This document shows, piece after piece, positions 46,273-59,739 of a stretch of DNA of 64,000 nucleotides. The stretch's first letter is position 1. Each line of letters starts with the position of its first letter. The notes under the pieces were generated by a model that was not told where the DNA came from, searched no databases, and saw only the letters and a list, made by a program, of their open reading frames with translations. Origin of the DNA: Lophium mytilinum (Eukaryota); contig MU004185.1 in the NCBI GenBank assembly GCA_010093605.1, positions 517,334 through 581,333 of the forward strand. Reading direction: 5' to 3'. The position numbers were made by a program, and so were the translations under genes.

Positions 46273-49200
46273 ATGAATCCCTCACCTCGCGACGGGTGGC
46301 TACCGGCACAAGCGCCGGGAGCTGGAAGTGGACAGCAAACAGCTGATGCAGCTCAGGGACCCACTCCGAGAGCTCTAGGAGGATTTGGGTAAGCCTTTTG
46401 AACAATCCCTCTCGCCCTCTATCGCCCTGTACTGCGTCATCATGGACACAGCTACTTTATCTCATACCCTCAGCCTCTGGTTTGACCGTTACCATGCTGA
46501 CTCTCTTCGCCACAGCTCTAGCAATGCAAACCAGCAACAAGTCCCGCAAGCTTCGGCGTCCCAGAGCAATGGACCAGTCCTACCCCCACCAACAGGTATA
46601 CCCCCTCTCTTGACTTTTGCGATACAAGATTGCATTCCGCCCGCGTCACAGTATGCTAATGCTCTGCGTACTATAGCCCCGTTCTACTCCTCAAATCAGC
46701 CTTCGCCGCACAATCTTCCTGCTATTGCCGGCTTGACTCAAGCTACGCAGTCTTCCCCTGGCCAGAGCGCGCAACGGCCACCATCATCGAATCAAGAATC
46801 GGCTTCTGGGCCTCCTCCTCATCAGAATGCCTTGCAAGGACCTGGATACTCGTTGCCAGGCATATCGCAGACCTTGCAACAACCGCATTTGCATGCCCAG
46901 AATCAGGCAAATCTGGATCGCGAAAGGGAGATGCGAGACCGAGACAACAGGGAACGGGAGATGATAGAGGCGCAAGAAGAGGCCGCGAGGCGTGAAGCTG
47001 AACAAAGAGAGCGCGAAATACGAGAAAGACAGCAACAGCATGAAGCTGCCATACAAAACCACTCAGAAACGATGCAGATCCATCAGCCTGTAGCTGTAGC
47101 TCCAGCAGTGCGGACTATACATGGACCAAATGGACTGCTCGGAAACTCCGCAACCTTGGGCGGGACTAACGTACTCTCGGCGTCCATCGGTGCGCAAAAC
47201 GGGCCAGGAAACGTTTTCGGGGGTGGTGCTGTTCAGCAGGGTGATGCTACTCCGCGAATGCAGCCCGCTGTTCAACCACAAGCCCAGAGTTCAATGCTCA
47301 TGCCTTTTGGGGGTCCTGGCATGCCTGGGCAGCTGGGAATGGTGCAGGGACAACAGCCAATTCTCAATGTAAGTCTGCTCGAAATGCGATGGCATTTCCG
47401 TATGAAAGCTTATTGACTTTTCGCAACAGGATGCGCTCAGCTATCTCGACCAAGTCAAGGTCCAGTTTGCAGATCATCCCGACGTTTATAATAAGTTCCT
47501 CGACATCATGAAAGACTTCAAGAGTGGAGCGTAAGTTTCTCACTTCTCCTCTTTGATGAACATTGCTCATTCTGATAGAATTGATACACCTGGCGTTATC
47601 GAGCGAGTGTCAACTCTATTTGCCGGCAACCCAAATTTGATCCAAGGGTTCAACACATTTCTTCCTCCCGGATATAAGATTGAATGTGGCACCGGCGGCG
47701 ATCCCAACGCGATCAGGGTCACCACCCCTATGGGGACCACGGTATCATCGATGCCAGTGCCGCGCCCGCTCTCGGCCCCTCGCAGTGCAGCTGTGAACGG
47801 GAACGGGAACAATCCTGGGGAAAGCCCTTACTACGACTCGGCGTCTCGTGGTGCAAGCAGCAATTGGCAGCAAGCCCGGGTACAAGAGCCGCAGGAAGCC
47901 ATGTTCAGCCCGAACAACCGAAATCTTGGTCATTCACTTTTCGGTGGTCAAGGTCAGCATGCTCAGGCGCCTCTTTCACCGGAGGCTATTGCTCAGCGCA
48001 ACCACCAAGACGCCGCATCTACTGCTGCGGCCATGGCTCATCAGCAAGAGCAGCGGGGAGTTTCGCAACTTCAAAGTGCCGTGTCAGCAGCAGCCACAGG
48101 TCGGTCCTTGTTGTCTCCTAGCGGTGAATCGGCTATACCGCTCCCTATTCAAGGCATAAACGGAGCCAGTCAAGTCGCACAGTCGGTCAGTGTGGGGCCA
48201 GGGGGGGAGAAGCGAGTTCCAGTGGAGTTCAACCACGCCATAAGTTATGTTAATAAGATCAAGGTGAGTTCAACATAGGCGCTCCTTCCCGTACGGAATT
48301 CTCTCAAGCTAACGCAAATGACCACGCAGAACCGGTTTGCTACGCAGCCAGACATCTACAAACAGTTCCTAGAGATTCTGCAGACGTATCAGCGGGAATC
48401 CAAACCTATCCAAGACGTATACGCTCAGGTCACGAGCCTCTTCAACTCTGCGCCGGACCTACTGGAAGACTTCAAACAGTTTCTTCCTGAATCTGCAGCG
48501 CAACACCGAGCAGCTCAGCAGCAGGCCGCCGCACGCCACGCTGAAGATGCCGTTATGCTCAGCAACGTTAGAGGCGAGCCAGGATACCAGGCAGGCCCTA
48601 CGCACTCGCACCAGACACCTCGCGCAGATGCTTCGAGGCTTCCGCCTATGGGCAATTTTGCCCCGACTCCAACGGCGAACAGAGAGAACAAGCGCAAGCG
48701 TGGCGAAAGGCCCGCTGGAGATGGACGATCCGCCGGTATAGCTAATTCCGTTGCTCCCGAGCAAGGAAGCGGAGGCGCCAGAGCTGGCTACGGCCAAGCA
48801 AACATCGCAAAGGTATGTGAACAATAGCTCTTATTGTGTCGTGTAAAAAGCCTATTGTTCTCCTCCCGCAGCCAATAGCAGGTGGCCGGTCATGGCCCGT
48901 GCGCTGGCTTCTTCCTCACCTCCACGTCGTACAATACCCTCTTCTTTTTTCAACCACTACATCTACAACACACCTCATCCTCCGGCGCAAACCAGCTTCC
49001 CAAATTCCTGCACCTCATCATACTCATCATCTTCATCCATACACTCATTCCCATCTCTGCAACATGGACGATCCCATCAAGGAGTCCGCAGAACGCTTCA
49101 CCCCTCTTCCCAATGCAGTCAACGCACTCCCGATCCCACCTCTTGGCTTGTCCGGGGGTGGAAAACGGCGGGCTTCGACTACGAGCCTTCCACGGTTAGA

Positions 49201-52023
49201 CCATGCAGCTAACACATCCACTACAAAGCGCGCAAAGACCGCCCATACCGCAAAGCAGCCCATGATCCCCGACGGCCCCGCAGTGTCTCCAACCTTAACA
49301 CCAGCCCTTCCCGAGCCTATCAAACCCGTCACGACAACAGTCGCTACCGGCGAAGAGCTGGCCTTCTTCGACCGAGCCAAGAAATTTATCGGCAACAAGA
49401 ACACGATGAACGAGTTCCTCAAGCTCTGCAACCTCTTCTCTCAGGACCTGATCGACAAGAATCTGCTCTATACACGTGCGCAGAGCTTCATTGGCGGTAA
49501 TCCAGACTTGCTCGAATGGTTCAGACAATTCTTGAGCATCGAGGAGGAGAGGATTACGATCAAGACCAAGGCGAAGACTGTGACGTCTAGGGTGTCTCTG
49601 TCGAACTGCCGTGGTCTAGGCCCAAGCTACCGCCTTCTACCGAAGCGGGTAAGTATTCTAGTTGTATTGAGATCAGACCATCTACTGACATGAATCTCTA
49701 GGAGCGCGAACGAGTCTGCAGTGGTCGCGATCAGCTCTGCCAAGCCGTCCTCAACGACGAATGGGCCTCTCACCCAACTTGGGCTTCTGAAGACTCAGGC
49801 TTCGTCGCTCATCGCAAGAACCAATACGAAGAGGGGCTTCATCGCATCGAAGAAGAGCGCCACGATTATGACTTCAACATTGAAGCCTGCATCAGGACTA
49901 TCCAACAGCTCGAACCTATCGCGACACAGCTCCTCCAGAGCTCCGCCGATGAGCGATTGACCTTTGTCCTGCCTCCCGGCCTGGGTGGGCAGAGTGAGAC
50001 CATTTACAAGAGGGTCATTCGAAAGATCTATGGCCGCGATAAGGGAAATCAGGTCATCATTGAGCTGTTTGCTCAACCCTACAATGTCATTCCAGTTCTT
50101 TTGAGCCGACTGAAGCAGAAGCTGGAAGAATGGAAGGCCGCTCAGCGAGAGTGGGAGAAGGTTTGGCGTGAACAGACCCAGAAGATATTCTGGAAGTCGC
50201 TCGATCATCAAAGCCTAGGCGCCAAACAGGCCGACAAGCGCCAATTCCAACTCAAGACCTTACAGAATGAGATCCAAGTCAAGTACGAGGAACAGCGCCG
50301 CCAACTCGAGTTCAACGAGGTCAAGACCACGCCGTTCCAATTTGCCTACTCATTCAAGGATGAAGAAGTTCTGTTCGACACTGCTCGTCTTATCATCTGC
50401 TACGTCGAGCATACCTCTCACTCATCATCCGACTCGAGCAGCATCACGAAGTTCATCAAGGAATTTGTCCCTCTCTTCTTCGGTATCGATCCGACTCGCT
50501 TCGAGCAAGGCATTCACACCTCTACCAATGGTTCACCTAGGAATGAATCTGGCGAAGAAGACACTATGAGCGCTGATGACGGCTCATCTCAGAAAGGCCA
50601 CAAGTCGAAGAAACAGAATCTTCTCCGTGGCGTTCTAGATCGTGGCCGCGGCAAGTCGGCTCGTAAGGACAAGGATGATAGTGCTGCGTCTGAGAGCCGC
50701 GATAGTACTCCCGACCACGCTTCTGCTGCTGAAGAAGAGTATACCACAATCGCTACTAGTTCCGCTTCCGCTACCAAGGACGCCTCCGGCGCTCACCGAT
50801 GGGCAACATACGCGACTGGAGATGAAGAAGGCGCCAGCGATGACCTGAAGCCGGATGAGCCTTACATCCGAGAAGCTTACAACATGTATTGCAATCTGAC
50901 CATTTACTGTTTCTTCCGGATGTTTGTCATTCTGTACGAGCGTCTCTCGGCCCTCAAACAGACCGAACCGAAGGTCAGGGAGACTGTCGCACGGGCCAAG
51001 CAATATAAGCCAGCAACGGAGCTCAAGATGATCGACAAATATCCTGAGGATTTCTTTGGAGATACATCAGATACCGCCAACTACTACGAACAGATGTTGG
51101 CCATCTTTGAGGACCAAATCAAGAATGATATCGACGCGGGCGTAGTCGAGGAGACCTTGCGCCGTTATTACCTCCAAAGTGGATGGCAACTGTATTCGAT
51201 CGAGAGGTTGCTTAGTGCCTTGGTCCGGTTTGCAGGAGGTATTTTCCCCAGCGAAAGCAAGGACAAGACTGGAGAAGTCTACCAGGCGTTCAAGAAAGAT
51301 CGTCCTTTCCGCGAGACCACCCACCGAGACGAGATTAGTTATCGAAGGGCAGTGGAAAAGAACATCAAAGACGGCGACGTGTACAAGATCAACTACGTAA
51401 GTACAACTAGCGTTCGGATGCATTTGAGAATGAGGAAAACTAACACTGCATTCCAGGATACCACAAAACAGGTCGCCTCTGTGAACATTCTCAAGAAGGA
51501 CGACGACACGTATACTGTCAGCACCCTTGATAAGATCAAGGCGTGGCGCTACTACATCGCCTCATTCACCTCATCAGAGCCTACGGAGAATGTCGCCCAC
51601 GACAAAGTCCACCTTCCGTACCTAAAGCGATCCATTGGCAAAGCCAGCCTCGATATTGACGAGCCCGGAGACCGAGTCGATAGCGTTCGGAGCGAAGAGA
51701 AGAAGGCGTTCAAGATTATGCCTGATAGGGCTTACACTATGAAGTACCTGAACTCCAGTGGCCCTTACGAGGGTGTGGATTTCCTCGTCCAGACCGATGC
51801 TGTCAGGTCTGGGTTTCGAGAAGGCGACGCAGAGATGTCCCGCAAGACGGCTAGCAGGAACGAATCCGCTTCCGAGAGACTCTTGATGAACACCACATGG
51901 ATGAAGGACGTGTCGCGCGAGGACGTTGATGCTCGCAAAGACATCTTCAGGAAGGAAACAGAAGGCAGCCCAAGCAACGTGAACGGTACCGTCGACAGCG
52001 ATGAGACTATGGGAGAAGTGTGA
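46273..52023 (+). CDS. SIN3: Sin3 corepressor (PAH1-3, HDAC-interaction domain, Sin3 C-terminus)
   Basis: PAH1 [10 protein letters not shown]...[13 protein letters not shown]2 [17 protein letters not shown]3 [10 protein letters not shown], and [12 protein letters not shown]...CSGRD...[14 protein letters not shown]. Confidence 0.96.
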
Positions 52024-52409
52024 TTGCCAAGCGTGGTACATCAGCATGAACTCTTTATCGAAAAAGCACATGTCACTCTTTCCTCTAATCTGGCGTTTCT
52101 AGGACACATGGCTGGACAGATGGGCTTTGCATTGGATGCGTCGAGTCTAAGATTTGGCTCTTGCATGGTCCCCTTCCCTGGCTCTTTTCTTTTCACTTCT
52201 ATTTCCTGATGTTATATTTTGCGATGCTGTCTTAAGGATACCGTATGAGGCTGCTTCTGATGGAGGCTGCCTTCTCCTTCTGGTTTTGCAATGATAGGTT
52301 GCTCTTTTCTGGCGCTACTGAATGTAGAGTAGGCTGGGCTCTCAACTTAGTTATGAATCTTCTTTGACATTAAAATCACCCCTTCTCATTGCTGTGTGAT
52401 GATCTTTTC

Positions 52410-53940
52410 CTAGTCTCGCAACATTGATGTATCCGACACTTCCCTAACCCCGTTCTCGAACATCCCATTCGACTGAACAGCACTCTCATCCATCAACTTC
52501 TTCGCCACTTCATGCCCTCCAGCCGGCACTTTTACTTCGAACCTCATCCCAGCCCCCGCCGTCCTTCCGTCAATCGGGTACGGGAACGGAAGATATTCTG
52601 GTAGCAGGCCGAGCTGGACCAACACCGTAGCTTGGTCCCACGCAATATGCTCATGATACAACCGATCCCCGCGAATATTCACGACACTCGTCATAGGCAC
52701 ATTAAGCAGCCTCCCAGTCGGCGGCACACCCGGCAATCTATCCAAAAGCGTCAGCTCATCTGCCCGCCTTACTCTCCTATCGCCGCATGGATTCTACTCA
52801 CAGCCAATCCACAACCCTATCATGCGTGCAAACAAGCACAAACTCATCAATCACCCTATCGATCCCCACGGTGCGACTCACCAGCTCGAGTTTCACATCA
52901 TCCGGGTTACTGAAAATGAAATGGTGCCGGTAGAAGGCGGTTAGGCTCGCCCGCCCCACGCCCCCCGTCAGCGTGGGGATGTGGTTCACGTACGGCTCGT
53001 CGACCATGGTCGCCATGGTTTGCTCGACGGAGCGCGCGCCGAACTCGTAGCGCATGTGCTCGTCCCAGATGGCTTCGAGGTCGAAGTAGGGGCCGTGCAG
53101 GAGGGGTTTGAGGAAGGCGAGGGTGCGGGTGTGGGAGAGGGCGGCGGAGGAGGGGTGGTGGTCTGGGTGGGAGGGGAGGATGAAGTGGGGGTCGGCGGAG
53201 GGGTAGATGTGATGTTTTGTGGTGGTGGTTGGGTTGATGGTTGAGGATTTGCTGGCGCTGTAGTGGGCGAGTGTTGGGGGGGTGAAATTGGGGGTGGAGA
53301 TTGGGGGGTCGTAGGCTACTATGGCCTTGATTGCGTGTTGCGTTTCTTCGTCGAGGGCATGGACGAGGGGTATGGGGTCTACTCCGTAGGCTTTGAGGAT
53401 GTTAGCTTCGAGGTCGATACGGAGGGCCTGGGGCACTGCTTCGTCGTAGATATGCTTACGCATGCCTTTTTGAGATTCTTTCAACTCGGGTTCACGAGAC
53501 TAAACGAGATGGAAGTTCTCAATTTGGCACTCTTCATGAAGTTACCGGGTCGCCTTAAACAGTAACTAAAGAATGTACGTAGACTATAACAAGTCACTGT
53601 TGAACTTACATATCACTCCCCATCCTGCTTCAGGTTCCAATCCATGGAACCTGTCACTCTTCAGCCATTTAATTGCATTGCTAATAAGCTGTTCAGGATG
53701 CGGCCCGTGGATCAGTACTTGAGCTACTGCAAAGCCTTCTTCTGCCCATTTTTTGAGCGGCGGGGGATCAAGAGTTTTGGTGTTCTCGGGAAGTAGTGTT
53801 GTTTGGAGTTCTTCTTGGTCTACTATGAGTATGAGGCCTGGACCGGTGCCTCTGCGGGAGAGTGGGGGTTGGACGAGGATTCGCCCGCTGATCATCACTG
53901 GTGGTGCGGAGGGAAGGGGAGGAATATTTAGGTCAGCCAT
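52410..53940 (-). CDS. Fungal dienelactone hydrolase-like / SnoaL (NTF2-like) domain protein, 3 exons
   Basis: PPLSRRGTGPGLILI, KWAEEGFAV, DLEAIWDEH..YEF, PYVNHIPTLTGG, RGDRLYHEHIAWDQATVL. Confidence 0.85.
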
Positions 53941-55225
53941 GATGCTCTTCGAAATAGTGGCGAGGAGAAAGATGAAATGTAATGGAGTGGAGGAGTATCG
54001 TTGAAAGAGAGTGGTGCGGGGGCCCTATCTTGGGTTGCTTACAGCCATCCTATGGTGAGATTTAGGCCACCCCTATAAGGAGATCCTGAAACACTGTCGG
54101 GACCCGGCACACATATAGTGAGCTGTAGGTATGGTCCGAATGGTGTGACGTCATAATATTATATTCAATGAAGGTCACTAGCACATGAATTAGGGTCTGC
54201 GTCTAACGACTTTGATTGTGCTCGTGAAAGACAAGCAACAAGCAATCCTCCCGTAAAATGCTGCTACAAAAACGACATCATGCCGAAATCTAGTCTTAAG
54301 CACTTCCGAGCGCAAATGAGTCGTCTTCCTCCTCCTCTGAGAGGCCTTCGCTTTCGTCTTCATCCTTATCATCCTCGTCAGCCTCCTCCTCCATGTCTAT
54401 CTCCTTTCGTTGAACATACTAGGTTTTGTTACTCCCAGATGTGTGTCTCCGTGTAGCCGTTGGTGTGGTAAGCCTCAGACTAGGCGGATGTCCGAGTTGA
54501 CGGATTAGGATACTTCTTCCTTGCTCGCGGCCTCTCGATGTCATGCCTATGTGATACGAATCCTTGTTACTGTCCACTGGCCTTCTGCATCCACTGTAGC
54601 GCGCTCAAAGCCTTCAAACATGACGGTCGCTTTGGAGCTTACAATCTCCCGAGTCTGCAGTCTTTCTACAAGTACTCTTCCTACATAAGCACACTTTACA
54701 TCTTCTTCGGAAGAGCTTCCTTCTTCGCCGTAGCCAGACTCACGAAGAAGAGCAGTGGCGGGGAACCATTGTCCCGCGGGAGGAATAGCCCGATCGTTGG
54801 GACTGTCGGAGGAAATGGATGGGGGATCGATCGTGATGGCGTGTCGCGAGTGCGAGTGACCGCAAGCTTGTAAGGCGGGACTATTGAGGTAACGCGATAG
54901 TCATGGGAGCGTGAAGTGAGCGAGGACGCGTAAAGCTAATGAGAAAGGCCACGGGTTCTATTGGTCGTACATAGCAAGAGTATGTGATGGACGGCACAAT
55001 GGCAGAGACCACGGTACAGCATCTTCAGACAGTTCGAGGTCTGTAGATTGGTAGATGGATGGCCTACCTCAATCCAACCTTTGCCATAGAGCCAACAGTC
55101 GCGACAACATCCTCCCTCCATAAACTAAGTCGCCATGGCGGTCCACCATACCGCACACCCCCATCTCGCCGAAGCGAGAAAACTCTTCTTCAACCACCCG
55201 CACAAGGCGAGCAAATCAATGAAAA

Positions 55226-55378
55226 GTCGTCGAAAGACAATGTAACGGACCAGCAAAAATTACGCCGGTGAAGCCCCCGAAGGAGATTCATGACAGCTCG
55301 TCGCCGCTTTGTGCAATGCAGGACAATCTGCCAGGTGGACCGGATTCATGAGCTCGGCCACCCCAACAAGGTAAGTAT
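55226..55378 (-). ncRNA. U1: U1 spliceosomal snRNA
   Basis: 5' ATACTTACCT; closing helix GTTGG/CCGGC; SL1; SL2 with the U1A loop ATTGCAC; SL3 TGAA-CTCC-TTCG-GGGG-TTCA; Sm site AATTTTTG at 55261-55254. The 3' end is approximate. Confidence 0.92.
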
Positions 55379-56097
55379 AATTTTCAGGAATGTGCGGAGG
55401 GGGAGGGCCTTGATATACGTGGGCGAAAGTGCGCCAAGGCGCTAGTGAGTAGTGTATGGAATGTCGTGGAAACTGGCGGAATCGCTGCTGCCTGGCCTGG
55501 AGTGAGTGAGGAGCCGGGCCGGTTAGGTGAGGTTGAGCTCGAGCCGTGGGAAGAGCAATGCGGCGAAGGGAGCCGAATCTGGCCAACCTCCCTTTCTCGG
55601 CTAATGCAGAAATGCAGGTGGACTGGCTTGAATGTTGATTGGCTAGGGGGCTGCTTTTCCCCCTTAGAGGCGACCGCAAATGCTACCAGTTGCCTATGTC
55701 AAGGGACGTGGGAAGAGTTGCTACGTAGGTTATGTAAGTAGTCTATCAATTTAAATATGTCAAGACGTTCAAGAAGTGGAAGCACCACAAGCAGCGGAGC
55801 AGCTTCTGGCAGTCTGCATGTGTGAATTTTCAATCCAGATCTCTGTCTCCGTCGAAGCACCGCATGCAGTTGCAGAAGAGCATGCGCAGACTTTTAACAA
55901 GTCACTGCATCCATATGAAGCAGCCGTCAATTGTAATATACACCCAATGCCCGTGAAGAATGCCCGTAAGAAGGCTCCCAAGACACCGCATAATCCCATG
56001 TCCTTTTCCAAGTCATATTCTGTCTTGGAGCTGCGACAGCCACAGTCACAGCCAGCCGGGAACCGTCCATCAACGCCACAGAAAAAGAAGAGAAACC

Positions 56098-59000
56098 TTA
56101 CCTGGTCGCCGTACTCGCCAACCTGACAGTACCGCCCTCCCCTCCATCTTCATCCTCGTCCTCGTCACCTCCGTCTCCGCTGGAACTACTGAATCCGGCA
56201 TCATCGCCGCCACCCATGCCGCCTCGTTTGACGGCTGAAAAGGCTTGATGGGTCACGTAGAGCGCATTGTACATTTCCCATGTCGATCTACGAATCTCCT
56301 TGGCCATCAAGTCGGGGTCCGTATCGCTGGCTAGAGTTTCCGGATCTGGGCCTCGGGGAATAGGAAAGTTCACTGTCAGTCTGCCACCAGGGCCGGGAGG
56401 GGCCCGTAGGCCGGTTCGCGGCGGCGCAGAAGCCATGTCTGGTTGGGTGAGAGAGTCCAGGATTGTCTCAGATGATGCGTGAGGAAAGTCGTCCAAGTCG
56501 GATGGAAGGTTGGCGAGATCGTTGTCCTGGCTGGGCGAGCAGCGGGGGCGGCGTGGAGGCCATTGGCTGAGGTCGCCAGTTGTCAACGCTTCAATTTGGT
56601 CCCATAGCTCGTCTAACGATTCGTCGTCGTCTGCAGAAAGATCCGTGTTGTAGGATGGTGGTGGACTAGAAGTTGAATACTCCGAGTCATAAGCTGCATT
56701 GTGGTTCCATGTATCCCAGGCCGATGGCTGATGGTGATATTGATGTGGGCGTTGCCGGATATTGCTGGGGGCGGGTTTCATATCGTGCTGGGAGACGGAC
56801 ACGCCTCGTGTGTGAAGACTTCCGCGGTACGATGACTGATCTTGGTCCGAGCCGTAGCCATGGTCAGGGTCGTCGTCACTAGGTGTCAAAAGACCCAAGA
56901 CCTGCTGCATAGGCTCGGATTGAGTTGGGCGATGAAAGGACGCCCGGTTGTTGGTCGAAGTGCGCTTGACCTGATCTTCTAGATTGAACGGATTTTCGTG
57001 ATTTGCATCTGTTTCAGTCGTGGAGTTCGCGGTCGAAGGTCGTTGGGCTTCTGCTATGTAGGCCATATCAAGGTCAATCATTGACATCCGTGATGGTGAC
57101 TCGGGAGCTGAGCTTAGCTGGAAATCTTCAAACGCAGCGCCGATTGGTTCCGTTGCAACATGGCGTAGCTGTGGTCGAAAGCTAGCTCCAATAGTGGGAG
57201 ACGGTTGAAGGGTAGGTCCTTGGTCAGACGTGCTGCTGACTTGAGCGTCTGGCTCTCTAGGCGGGAAGACAAAATCACGGGTCTGACGATTATCTTTGAA
57301 AGGAGCCGTGGGGATAGGAAGTGTCAAGTCTTTTGTCAACCGTCGACGCGGACCTGAGTTGTTCTTGACTTGCTCGGGTTCCTCTTCAGGTTCCGCAGCC
57401 GGGAACGTCCAATCGAGAGTGTTACGGTTTATGGCCGCTTCCTGAGCCATGGGAAATTTCCACTCTTTCGTTGTTCGTCGCGCGGTAATCTCTTCTTGAG
57501 CCATGGGAAATTTCCAATCCTGTGTTGCTCGTCGTGCTGTTTGATCCTGATTATAATAATCGTACCGCTCTTCTTCTTCTTCTTCATCGAGCTCCCTAAT
57601 CGTTCGCCCCCTAGCTTTTAGCGTTGCTATCTCTCCCAGGTCAATAGTCGGTCCATCATTAGCGGTGGGTGTCGCAAAGCTGAGGTCGATGACAGTGTCT
57701 CTTGGACTTCCGGGGTTGAAGCCGCGAAGAATGAGATCCGAAGGAGGTCGTTCAGAGGTGATGCTGTTTCTGTACGGTGTTAAATTTGGGTCAAAGATAC
57801 GGTCTAGCCTCTTCTTTCCACGTTCCGCTGCCTGTTCCTGGTGCCGTAGGAGGAGCTGTCCAAACCGGTCGTCGGGGTCTGGCTTTGGTAGCTCGTACCC
57901 GGTGATAGTTTGTTGTCCCGAACCAGTACCAAATGGGTCAGAAAACGAATAACGAGAGTATCTGCGCTCGAATTCATCTGTGGTACTGAAATTCCAATCA
58001 TCCTCGTCCTCGTCCTCGTCATGAGGCTCAAGAGGATCCGGAGCCTGCGCGCCGTACATGTTGAATAGGGATGCGCGAACACCGCCTCCCTGCTCCCATC
58101 TGATGTAACGTTCGATGAGTTCCTTCAACATGCTGGTCGGATTGGTTTGTGATGTATCGGCAAGGTAGGGATGCTCGAGTATTTGATCCGCAGTGGGTCT
58201 GTCTTCGGGCCGGCCTTCGAGCACGTAGGCGACAAGTTGGCATATACCCTCTGAGTATCTCTCGCCTTCTATCCTTGGTGGTGCCTGTTCGGGTAGCCTC
58301 TCCGGCGGCAGCCGATGGAAAGGCGGTGCGCCAGTGACCATCTCGAAGATGGTGCAACCATAAGCCCACACATCAATCTCGGATCCGTAAAGAATGGGTT
58401 GGGGTTGGAATGGGTTATTTCGATCTATGTCTTTGACCCATTCTCTCTGGAGCTCCGGAGCCATCCAATTTGGAGTCCCGACAATTGTAGAGCGCTTGGC
58501 GATCTGAGGTTCAAGCACATTAGATACTCCGAAATCGCACAGCTGCAGTCTTCCTTGTTCAGATATCAAGATATTGCCACCTTTCGTACATATGTTAGCC
58601 TTGGTTGAAAGATCATTTCGAGTTGCGCTGGAAACAAACATTTTAGATCTCGGTGAAGAACGCCTGCTTCGTGGACGAACTTGAGAGCAGAGGCGAGTTC
58701 GCGAGCAATCGCTATTACGTATTTCTCTTCGAGGCCAGGAGCACGAGTCATCAGCGTCGGCTTCATCAACGTGTACACACTGCCTCCCGGGCAATACTCG
58801 CTGACGATCCACAGCTCGTTATGCACTGGTAGGGCTTCCATGATTATGTTGACGTAGTGCTTCGCATTGCTAATACTCAGCTGTTGGAGCACGCTGATCT
58901 CCTTGAGCGTTTCGTCGAGTGTGTTGTCTCCAATGTAATCAGGATTGTCCACATCTAGAATCTTTACAGCAACAAGCTCGTTTGTTTTACGGCTCTTGCT

Positions 59001-59739
59001 GTCATGTGGTTTAGCATTAATTGGAAATCATGGTCGCCGCTGGCGACCAGAGAGAAGATCTGTCTACGGACCTCTTGAATACACGACCGAACGACCCCTT
59101 TCCGATCAATTCGAGGAATTCGTATGGGGGAGCCTCCCCGCCAGCTCGGCGAGCTCTCTCCTCCACGAGCGTTTGCATTTCCTTTGCCTGCTCTATTTGC
59201 TTCAACTTCGTGCCAGCCGCAACCGGCAGCTGCAATTGTGAGGTAGCCATTGTCATATCGAGCCCGTTCGGTTTGTGTCCAGCTTTGATATTGAGAATGC
59301 GCGAGGAGTCGCCCTGCAGGTAATGGGAGGGTCTTTGAGGCGCAGGGTGGAGCAGAAACGAGGTAACAGGAGTAAGCGGGTCGGAAACGCTTTTCTTCTC
59401 CCTATTTCCTGTCTTATTCTTGCCCTTCTTTTGGGAAGCTGACGTCGATGGTCGGCTCTGGTAACTTGGGAACGGCGGGAAAGGACCTGGATCGCCCGGG
59501 TAAGGGGTGGAAGGTGCGCTGTACGAAAACTCTGGCGAGAGGATAGGTGGCGAGTTCAAGCCTAGGTCGGCTGGGACATACGTTGGTGAGTGATCGTAGG
59601 GGAATGGGTCGTCGTCTGACGATCTGTTTTTGTGTGAGCGAATCGATTTTGCCACGTCCGATATCATTTTGATGAGGGTAGGACGCCTCTTCTTGGTTCC
59701 CCCCGTACTAGGGGTCCTCTCCTTCCTGTTACCCGCCAT
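56098..59739 (-). CDS. nak1: Ste20/GCK-family Ser/Thr kinase, Nak1/Kic1-like (3 exons; start at 59739 or 59256/59250)
   Basis: YEFLELIGKGSFGRVFK, VAVKILDVD, HRDLK, LCDFGV, KRSTIVGTPNWMAPE, then a long low-complexity tail. Confidence 0.85.

Noticed and set aside
54296..54880. Acidic minus-strand peptide fragment (MEEEADEDDKDEDESEG...)
   Set aside because: Upstream frames are interrupted by stops and I could not build a supported gene model.
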